This document shows positions 11,761 through 21,209 of a stretch of 32,000 nt of DNA, one piece after another. The position numbers and the translations under genes were made by a program. Under the pieces are notes generated by a model. It did no database searches and was not told the origin of the DNA. It saw only the letters and a program-made list of their open reading frames with translations. Numbering within the stretch: the stretch's first letter is position 1; each line of letters starts with the position of its first letter. This stretch comes from Adineta vaga (lineage: Eukaryota; Animalia; Rotifera), in NCBI GenBank assembly GCA_021613535.1, contig CP075496.1:118123-150122 (forward strand), given 5' to 3'.

Positions 11761-12544
11761 ATTTTCGATGTTTTTTTGACCCTGCGGACATACAAGCAAA
11801 CAAACAAACAAGCAAACAATTTATGTTTCTAAGACTCTTCTCTACGAGAAAGAGAATAAAGTTAATAAACCCCTAAAAATGGATTATTATGCTTCGCTTT
11901 TTTTACAGTGTAAGCAATAGCAAAACTCATTCCCTGTGTTCGAAGACCACAAAACAAGAGAACAAGAAAAAAACGTTGTGAAGTGACTTCATAGAACGAA
12001 ATGAAAGACTGTTGAGAGAGAGTAGATAGGAAAAAAATATTTTGAAATGAGACACGTTTCGTTCTTCAATCAGTGTTTGTCTCTTGCAACGTCAGTGGTA
12101 AGTTGCACAGGAATGAGAGTGTGGATGTAACTTGCGGGAAAATCGACGAGAACAGGTTTGGACGTTGCTGTCTGAAATCACAACATTCACCCGAAGTGGT
12201 CTTCGGAACAATCTGATTCACCGACATTTGAGCTCCGGCAGTTGAGCCTGAACGAGCATGTCATAATCCCATCCCATCACATCTGGTAATTAGATTTTCA
12301 ATGCTGTAATGACTTCGTTACACCAAACCTACTGAAATTTCGCAGCTTTGTAGGTATATAGTTGTATGTCAGATGCAATGAATTAGGTTGACTACTCTGT
12401 AACGTATCGTGTCGTCAAGCGGTCGTTATCCACCGTAATAGTATTATGACACGTGTGGGCCCTGACAATTAAACCGCGGAAATTGAGCAGCAACACTTGA
12501 ATCCTTGACAGTTGTCTTTCAGTAGAGTGGGAAAAAGAAAGATT

Positions 12545-12580
12545 GAGGGTGTGGGTGGGTGGGTGTGGGTGAGGGTGTGA
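12545..12580. repeat. Telomere-like G-rich tract
   Basis: gagggtgtgggtgggtgggtgtgggtgagggtgtga. Confidence 0.7.
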
Positions 12581-13541
12581 AAGATTCGTCTTTTCGTAAG
12601 CTTTCATTCTCAACATTCTTACGTGCCGGTATATGTATTATTTTCGTTTTCGAGGTTTTCATTTTCGACATTTTTACTTTCGAGGTTTTTAGGGAAAATC
12701 ATTCTATTATCCAAATATTCAGGTTAAGAAGACACCCGAAACTCTTGAAGGAAGAGCCTATCGCTCGAACCCTTCTAGGATGTTGCACAGGTGATTATGT
12801 AGTATCGATACAACTAGAAATCGTTGAAACTGGAGGGGATATTTCGCGAGGCTCCCTTGTGAGCCTTAATCTGTCTCAGGATAGTTTTATACTGGGTTCA
12901 GTCCATGCCTGAAATGAGTTACAGAATAATCCAAAACTTATATATTATATATTTATCAGGGTCTATTAGACTCTTAACCACTCATAAACTTTGCACCTTC
13001 ACCCACAGCGTCAAGAGCCTGCTAAACAAATAGTATATAAATGGAATTAAATATAATTATACACATACGATATATATACTATATGAATTATAGAAATTTT
13101 GAATTATTGTGTAATTCATTGACGACGTTCAGTGATTGAGTTGGATTTTCAGCTGTCCTAAGGCATGTATACAATAGAAGCAAAGAACGAACAGACGAAC
13201 AAGCACATGGACTCGGTGAACCACCCTCCACCAAAGGAGGAAATTAAAATTAAAATGGAATCGGTAAATTTTACGCGTATAGATCTCAATGACACGGAAG
13301 AAATTTATGAAAAGACAAGCAAATTAAAAGACAAGTTCTTTTCAACAAGAGATGACGTGAAAGAGGTAGATGCAGAGTCGAATGAATCGAAATTACCACC
13401 ATCATTTCGCGTGACTGAGTTAAATCAACACGAAACCAAACTTGATGAAGAGGAAAACGCAATCAAAATTCAAGCAGAATCCGTCTCAACGGATCAGATT
13501 TGTCATTTATCAAAGTATTACGTTAACCCTGAAACGCCCAC

Positions 13542-13563
13542 CTGGGGTTCATGCGGACCCCAG
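13542..13563. repeat. Subterminal hairpin, piggyBac left end copy 1
   Basis: CTGGGGT-tcatgcgg-ACCCCAG. Confidence 0.8.
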
Positions 13564-13732
13564 CTAGTTTCATTCTAATGTTTTATATATACGATGACAG
13601 ATCATATCACGCCACTCTACATATGCTCTAGTGAAGAGTAGTAGAGTATACTATAGAAAGCATTCGCTTATCTCTTTAAGTCATCTATGAGATAAATTAC
13701 TTCAAAGTTGATATATACGTATATTGCCCACC

Positions 13733-13752
13733 TGGGGTCCAACTGGACCCCA
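13733..13752. repeat. Subterminal hairpin, piggyBac left end copy 2
   Basis: TGGGGTCC-aact-GGACCCCA, perfect 8-bp arms, preceded by CCCACC. Confidence 0.85.
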
Positions 13753-14320
13753 TATTATAACATTAGTTTTCTCCTAATATTTGATCATAAATTTTTCATT
13801 CTCATATTTTATACATCTGTCCACTCATGTGGGAATATTCTATAGCTCTCTAATAAACTGTGAAATATATCAGTCGCATTAAAACGGTATATTCTGCATA
13901 TCTGACTATTCTTACAACTCTTCTGTTATTTTTTTAAATAATTACGTCTCCAATGTAAAAGTTGAATATTTTCATGAATAATACTTTTGTGCAGTACGAC
14001 TCTACATGCATAGGTTTTTCTTTCTGCTATTGACATGACGTCACTATATATACATATTATATGTATATCTTATTTCGTTCTGCTATCATACGTTCATACG
14101 TGCATCATTTTTCTGGTATGTTCAAGTACACATGTTTTTTTTCTCGTTCTTTCTATATAGATGACATATGCTCTCTCTTGTAGCTTCTAGTAATTCCACT
14201 TATTTCTGCCATTTTCTAGCGAGTTCTTTGATTTTCTTCATAAAAACCTATATAAACCCATTCACTGAAATAGTAAAGTCATTATATATCTCACTACCTA
14301 CGACTATTATACGAAAACAT

Positions 14321-16072
14321 ATGGATTCGAAGAAACGCTCTAATTCCAATCAATCGAAACACTGGTCTCGATATTCCAAGCACTTCAACGATGAGTCGAA
14401 CGACGAAGATGATGATGTTGATAATGATTCTGAAGATGACGAAATACCTTTTACTCTTCAAGAAAGTTCTGATGAATCAGATGGTGGCGTGGTTGAAAAG
14501 GATTCAGATGATGAATCTGGTACAAGTACTGTTGAAACTGAAAGTAACAGTGATGATGAACCACCTAGACGTCGAGCAAAACGTCAATGAAAGGCTGAGC
14601 AATCACCAGTTCAAATATTTACAGCAAAATCTGGATGTCAATGGACATCAAAGGAACCTCCCAAAAGAAAAATACCATCAGCTAATATCTTACGACAGCA
14701 AAATGGTGTTGGACGACTAGCTGCAGGTATACAAACAGTGAAAGAAGCATTTCAGGTTTTGATCACTCAAGAAATGGTTCTTATCTTGGTGAAGGAAACT
14801 AATCGACGAGCGCATCTGATCTTGGGACAGTGGAATAAGAAAAATTCTGGTAAAGAATACCAATGGAGGGATACGGATCTTGAAGAAATGTGGGCTTTCA
14901 TTGAGTTATTACTCCTCGCAGGTATTCATCGAGCAAAGAATGAAAGTTTGAATGAATTGTGGTCAATGATCAATGGACGACCTATATTTTGAGCAACTAT
15001 GTCCAAGAATCGTTTCAAAGCCTTACTTCAGTTTTGCCGATTCGACGATACAACAACACGAGAGGAAAGACTGAAGTCAGATAAACTAGCAGCAATACGA
15101 GATTTATGGACAATGTTCTTAGGTGGATTACAAATATGCTACACGCCTGGTGGATCGCTCACGGTAGACGAACAGCTTATTCCAACTCGTGGTCGATGCA
15201 ATTTTCGTCAATATATGCCTAGTAAACCTGGGAAATATGGACTGAAGATCTTTTGGTGTTGTGATTCAGATACAGCATATCCTTGGATCAATACAGGACG
15301 AACCATTACTACAGACAACTATTTTACCAGAGCAGATTTGGCAGAAGATCTTCTAGGTGTTCAAACAACTCTTGTAGGAACTATTCGACGAAACAAAAAG
15401 GGAATTACACGGGAGCTGCAGCCAAATACACAACGTCCTGAGCAGTGATCTATATTTTGTTTCGATCGACAGCTAACACTAGTTAGTTATGTACCTAAAA
15501 CATCACATACCGTGATTCTGCTGTCATCTCTTCATCATGATCAGACAATTGTCGACGATGAAAAGAAAAAACCAGAGATTATTTTATATTACAATAGCAC
15601 AAAAGGTGGTGTTGATCATATGGACCAGATGGTTCAAACTTATTCGTGCAAACGAAAGACAAAACGATGGCCAATGACTTTCTTTTTCAACATACTTGAT
15701 CTTGGTGCTCTTGCTGCTTTTGTGGTATGGACAACCAAAAATCCTCAATGGAATGAAAAGAAAAACTACCGTCGATGTCTATTTCTAATGGAATTAGGTT
15801 ATGATCTTGTTCAGTTGCATTTGGATCGACGACGACATCAACCACAGGCACTTCAAAAGAACGTTCTGATGGCTATACAAGCGATTGGACTAACTGTTAC
15901 TACTTCACACCCATCTATTGTTTCAACGGCTACTACCAAACAACGTTGCCATCTTTGCCCAAGAGAGCGTGATCGCAAGGTTATTACTCACTGTTCAAGT
16001 TGTAATGCTCCCTGTTGTCCAGATCATCACAGAGTTGTTTGCACGACGTGTAGTGAAACATTTTTAGGATAA
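14321..16072 (+). pseudogene. piggyBac transposase with three in-frame TGA codons
   Basis: One frame, no frameshift, from ATG 14321 to TAA 16070-16072, interrupted by TGA at 14588, 14990 and 15446. Contains an MSKNRFKALLQFCRFDD box, LTVDEQLIP, TTDNYFTRADLAEDL, STKGGVDHMDQM, and a C-terminal Cys-rich domain CHLCPRERDRKVITHCSSCNAPCCPDHHRVVCTTC. Confidence 0.92.
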
Positions 16073-16229
16073 AAGTAGATTATACAAAAATGTTTTAGAA
16101 ATAAATGATAAAATAACGAAATATAGTTTCTTTTTATAAGCTAATGAGTGTCTAAGAGACAAACTATATACCACATAATACTAGCATAGTATACTACTTA
16201 AAAGGTGTATTATATCTATCTTATTGGGT

Positions 16230-16249
16230 TGGGGTCCATGCGGACCCCA
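16230..16249. repeat. Subterminal hairpin, piggyBac right end
   Basis: TGGGGTCC-atgc-GGACCCCA, perfect 8-bp arms followed by GGTGGG. Confidence 0.85.
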
Positions 16250-17519
16250 GGTGGGTTATAAGTGGTAGTCCTACAGGTGGGCGTATGAGGGTTAATCGTC
16301 TTCTTGGCGTTAATGACTATAAGTTGCATGGCACGGACCGTAGTCAATCAAGATGAGGTCGATGACAGTGTTCATCATTTAATAAACAAACGTCAAAGTA
16401 ATTGTGTTACTCTTATTTATGGTGCTCCTTTTCCTTGTCCCGGTCTTACTTGTAAATTTGGTGGTTGTACTGTTACTTATAATCCTAGTACTGGTACTCT
16501 TACTGCTGGTGGTTGTTGTGGTGTTACTGTTAGTGTGCTTGGCAATGGTGTTAGGTATTGCTGTAATAACTAATAAGGCAGGTATGCTGTGTCAATGTAT
16601 TGTTTCGATAATAATTCATTAAGAGAATGTCGCTAATGATTTACCCTATCATTCGAACATTCTTTTTTGAGATTATCATTTCAAGTACTTTATGGCGCTG
16701 AATTAATTCATTGTTTTTTTTCTTTATAGGGAAATGGTACAAACACAAGTTCCAACAAAAAAATCGGAAAATATGGACTAGTTAGCTCCCTTCTCTCATA
16801 TTTTCAACTATGTTTCCTCTTTATTTATTCTTATGGGGATAGGTGTATCGATCGAAAACAGATCGACTCATCTTCTAAATAAAAGATAAATCGATCTGCT
16901 TATTCCAACTTTTGCTTTTCAGCAAGCGAGATGTCGAGGGTGAGCATTAGCTACCACGATCGCGATTTCGATCCCTGCTAAGAGGATCTTCATCAGATGA
17001 CTTGAGTTCAGATACTCCTTATTAAAGGAGTAAACCTTTTTATCTTTCTAAATTTAATAAATTAAATATCTGAAGGTAAACTTGGTAGCGCTGTGAATTT
17101 GTATTAAAATTCAGTGACATTTTAATCTAGAGTAATGTAAAATTAATTATAATTGTGGAATGTGATATTTGTGAAGTTTGTTTTACCGTGAATATTATTA
17201 TTGAAGGAGTTCATAGATCCAGTTGTTTGATAAAGAATTGTTTACTAATATATTGCTGATGTGGAAATGGTGTATTGATGTTGAATTGAGAATAGTAAAT
17301 ATGCTGAGAGATGAAGAATGGTTGATTATGAATTATTGTAATGGATGTTTGCTGTATAGCAATTGAATTGTGAAATGAATAAAAAGTGAAATTGGTTGTC
17401 GTTTATATAGGACGGGGATGGCAATGGGCGTTGCATTGCATTACTCCTCTGTATGGAGTGTGGGTGCTCTGAATGCTATAGCAATCCAATCTTTATGCGC
17501 AGATACCGCATTTTTTAAG

Positions 17520-17752
17520 GTGAGTGTGGGTGTGGGTGCGAGCATTACATCCATCCAACATCCACTCACACCCACACCCACACCCACACCCACGCCCACA
17601 ACCACACCCACACCCACCCACACCCACACACACCCACTCACACCCACACCCACACCCACACCCACCCACACCCACACCCACACCCACACCCACGCCCACA
17701 CCCACACCCACACCCACCCACACCCACACACACCCACACCCTCACCCACACC
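17520..17752. repeat. Telomere-like array: short G-rich arm then ~190-bp C-rich array
   Basis: gtgagtgtgggtgtgggtg (17520-17538), spacer, then cactcacacccacacccacaccc... to about 17752. Confidence 0.85.
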
Positions 17753-17988
17753 CTCCATCAAGTATTCAAGCAATACTAGATTTAATGCAAGAAAAAACTG
17801 AATGTTTACGACGTGATATTAGTGTTGAACAGTCATTAGTTGATCGGTTTGAATTTATTGATCAACAATGTCAAGATGCTTTTGACGAGTATTATGGTGA
17901 TGAAACAAAACTTGTCGAAGAAATACAAAAACTCCATCTGATTACTAGACGAACACAGTTACAACAAAGAAAAGAAATGAATATTTGA
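17753..17988 (+). pseudogene. 3' coding fragment of an unidentified, possibly coiled-coil protein abutting the telomere-like array
   Basis: SSIQAILDLMQEKTECLRRDISVEQSLVDRFEFIDQQCQDAFDEYYGDETKLVEEIQKLHLITRRTQLQQRKEMNI*; composition looks coding, with no N-terminal part found. Confidence 0.45.
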
Positions 17989-18583
17989 TTATAATATTAA
18001 AATATATCTCGACCCTCTTTTGTTATAGTGGTTAGTTTCGAATATTTAATCAAACAATATAAAATGTTATAATTTTCTGTTTTTTTTCTCAAGAATATCG
18101 GTACTTTTGATTATTTTAGTCCTAACATGTGAGCTGACAGGTAAAGATGCGAAAATATCAAATAAACTTAAAATTCACATCTACATTCTAAGACTAAAAC
18201 ATCGTAAAGTCTATACTGTTGAGCGAGATAGACGATCGGATGGAATACAAATGACCACATTTACTGAGAAAACTAACGAATTTAATATATGACCACTTAG
18301 TGTGGCTTACATTTAATTGAAACAGATAATATATAACATAAAATTTAATATTCCAATTCAAATCCTTAGTATTTTGAATTTTTACGTATATGTTCATTTT
18401 AACAATTAATTTACATATTAGTGAAATAAAAGAAGTATTGTTTAGATTAATCACTGTTTTATTTAATATATAGTTTGTTTAAACATGTTATTAAAAAGAA
18501 ACAGTTGAAAAAACTTTCCCTTTAAAAAATCAAAATGATTATATGCTGTCGAACAATAATAAGAATAAAATATTCTCTTTTTC

Positions 18584-19134
18584 TTAAAGTGGTAAAATCC
18601 ACATGATAATTGTCGCAGCATTCGAAGCAGCATTTGGACTACAACCAAGTCCAGGTGTCATACAACTTAATTCATATAAAGCATTTTCAATAACATCTTC
18701 AAGATAATCTGAATAATGATAATATTTATCGATGAGTTCCATTACTTTATCAATTCCAAAATAAGTTTTAATCCAATTAGGAAGTTTATTCCATCCTTTT
18801 AAAAGTGCTTGTCGTATAACACTTAATGCAAGTTTACCTAAATAAGGAAAATAATTCATTATATTAACATATATTTTCTTTGTTTAGATATTTACCTTTA
18901 CCACGAGTTTGTGATCTATATCCCAATTCATCATTATCTAAACGTGATTGAATTTCAACTTTCTTTTCATCATTGGTTGTCAGATCGATATTTATCGACT
19001 GAATACCATAAATTCCTTGAAATAATATATAGTTTTACTTAAATACACTTATTGACTACTAATAACTTACTCTCTGCTTCAGCACAGACAAATGCTCCAA
19101 TAATCAAGAATAAGTAAAATAATGCTGCTTTCAT
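18584..19134 (-). CDS. Small secreted protein, 3 exons (19071-19134, 18896-19015, 18584-18837), 145 aa, AMP-precursor-like layout
   Basis: GT-AG introns of 55 and 58 bp; exon sum 438 nt. MKAALFYLFLIIGAFVCAEAERIYGIQSINIDLTTNDEKKVEIQSRLDNDELGYRSQTRGKGKLALSVIRQALLKGWNKLPNWIKTYFGIDKVMELIDKYYHYSDYLEDVIENALYELSCMTPGLGCSPNAASNAATIIMWILPL*. Confidence 0.75.
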
Positions 19135-20086
19135 ATTGATCAGTTTTGATAGTTGTGATTTGGTCACTAATGTTTAACATTGAAGTCTTTATATACGAGT
19201 GTAGTCTGTGACTAGAATAATGCTTATCAATTAATTTGGAATTTAGTATAAATTTACAAAGCTTAATATTAATTCGCTGGTTTTTCTTAGAAAAAGATCT
19301 AGTTTCATAGAATTCTATAAGATACACTGGTTTTAATTTGACTAATTTTCCTATTAGATTCCGTTTCATCGAAAAACAAGATGAAATTGAAAAGAAAAAA
19401 TGTATTGATTTTGTCATATCAAATTTCTTCAAATCTGCGAAAAGAAAGAGAACGTCGAATAGTGTTGTTAAAAATTGAATAGAGAAGTTTTAGATATTTA
19501 TTTAAAACTTAAGAAATTCATCCACCTGTGTTCTTTCATTCTTACGAAAATTGAACTTTAAATCACCTTGATTAAGAACGTTAACATATAACAAAGTCTT
19601 CGTTAATTATTTCTTAAGATTTGATATAATTCAAAGCAAATGTCGATGGAAATTGGTGTTTGATTGTTTATTTCTTTTTACGAAGATCTGTTAACCAAAA
19701 TTTCACACATGAAAGTATGAATTTTACGTTTTCTTTCTTCACTTAGATTTCATAAAACCGAAAAGAGAATACTTTCTAATGAATTTATTATATCAACGTT
19801 TGATTACGTTGATCTTGATATTAGCTGAAATTGCTCCCGATATATCATATTTTGACTTCGAATGCGCAGTGAAAATTTAGATCGAATTTATGAGAGAATA
19901 TCATAGGAACATCTTATTTACATTATTTCTTTCGATTATTCATTTTCGAATAAGCTTTCAATGTAAATAAACTTACGAATGCTTTTCGAAAAAGGATCAA
20001 TATATTGAAAATAAAGAGATAAAAAACTAGCACGTGTTGTAATATATTTATATGTAGTTATTAGTAGAGTTTAAAGAAATATTTTG

Positions 20087-21209
20087 TTAGTTTTCCTCTT
20101 CTGAATAATTATCATTAAATGTTGATGGTTTTGTATCTTGATTTGAACTAATCAATACAATATCACTGATACTAGCACGACTGGTTTGACGACTACAAGG
20201 AACATGTACCGATGGTATAAATTCACTGGATGATCCAACATTATCATTTGAATGATAGAAGGAAATAGCCGGATCTATAACACGTAGAAAAGGTGTTTTA
20301 TCCAATCCGTTTAAGATGTGTGTCTCATTAAGATCAAGACCCATTTCTTCCAAAGCTTGAATTACTCGTATAGCATTAGCATCAGTATTTGAAGTAACTA
20401 AGAAAGTGCGTATTCGCCATTTATTATCCTCGCCCAATGCTTGACGAACGTTTTGTAATTTGAGAGCAAATGCTTGTATTGGACCTTTAGCTAACAAACT
20501 TTGCTCCATTTGATGATCACATTGTTCAAAGTTTATTGGTTGAGGTTCTTCCAAAAAGAGTACACCATCTCCATCAAAAACAATACGAACTTGATCTTTA
20601 CTCCATGATGAACTGTTAAATGTAGTATCTGCGGTAGTGACAGGATTATCTGAATGTCTTCATAACAAGTGAATGAAATAACAGATATAGATAATACCTT
20701 TGAATAAATTTATCAACTTACATAGTTATAGGTTGAGCAGGTATCGGCACAGATACCATAGTATATACCAAACCAGCTGCTATACCTTGTAATGAATTCG
20801 AACTTCCGCCAGTCAGTACTTCTCTAACTTGTTCTTCTTCTGTAGATAAGAAGAGATCACATTCCCAAGATGGAAGGTATTTTGTAACTTCTTCACCACA
20901 TGTGAATGACGTTCGTGTAATCGAAAGTTTGTAATAATTGATAGAATTGATAATACGTTTTACTGACCCACCGTCGTTACGTGAAACAAGCACAATATCG
21001 ATTATTGGATTGTCCACGACTTCATTCAATTTTAATAATGATTGTACAAGTGGAAATCCAACACCCGGTTGGAGAGGTTTGTTAACATTTTCACGTTGAT
21101 GGTTTGTGTATGCTTCAACTCCATCACGTTTCCATATTTCATGCGATTCACTGCAATCGAAAAGTGCAGTAGATGCAATACAAACGACCAGCTTAATTGA
21201 AGATTGCAT
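20087..21209 (-). CDS. Cytosolic 5'-nucleotidase (NT5C1/cN-I-like), 2 exons (20786-21209, 20087-20649), 328 aa
   Basis: LVVCIASTALFDCSESHEIWKRDGVEAYTNHQRENVNKPLQPGVGFPLVQSLLKLN...VLVSRNDG...ITRTSFTCGEE..YLPSWECDLFLST joins in phase 1 to ...VRIVFDGDGVLFLEE...IRTFLVTSNTDANAIRVIQALEEMGLDLNETHILNGLDKTPFLRVIDPAISF. Exon sum 987 nt. Confidence 0.85.

Larger units (their letters stand above)
13527..16291 (+). mobile_element. piggyBac-superfamily DNA transposon, 2765 bp, flanked by TTAA
   Basis: TTAA at 13523-13526 and 16292-16295. Ends CCCTGAAACGCCCACCTG versus reverse-complemented CCCTCATACGCCCACCTG (16/18 identical). Internal DDE_Tnp_1_7-type transposase. Confidence 0.93.
13445..16573 (+). pseudogene. 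Secreted 8-Cys peptide precursor interrupted by piggyBac insertion (13445-13526 joined to 16296-16573)
   Basis: Removing the element and one TTAA gives 360 nt in frame: MKRKTQSKFKQNPSQRIRFVIYQSITLIVFLALMTISCMARTVVNQDEVDDSVHHLINKRQSNCVTLIYGAPFPCPGLTCKFGGCTVTYNPSTGTLTAGGCCGVTVSVLGNGVRYCCNN*. Confidence 0.6.

Noticed and set aside
11262-11876. 204-aa plus-strand ORF
   Set aside because: It lies over the 127-bp tandem repeat and poly-A/T runs; low-complexity K/F-rich translation of repeat DNA.
12559-12912. 117-aa plus ORF
   Set aside because: Begins inside the G-rich telomere-like tract, with no domain pattern.
14588-15448. Alternative genetic code (TGA as sense codon)
   Set aside because: Host-like genes here have no internal TGA, and the 10-Cys gene ends in TGA (1037-1039). 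TGAs accumulate only in the transposon copy.
17441-17773. ORFs of VWVWVG / THTHPH repeats in several frames
   Set aside because: Translation of the telomere-like array in all frames.
19079-19432. 117-aa minus ORF
   Set aside because: Overlaps the leader exon of the spliced secreted gene in another frame; no features of its own.
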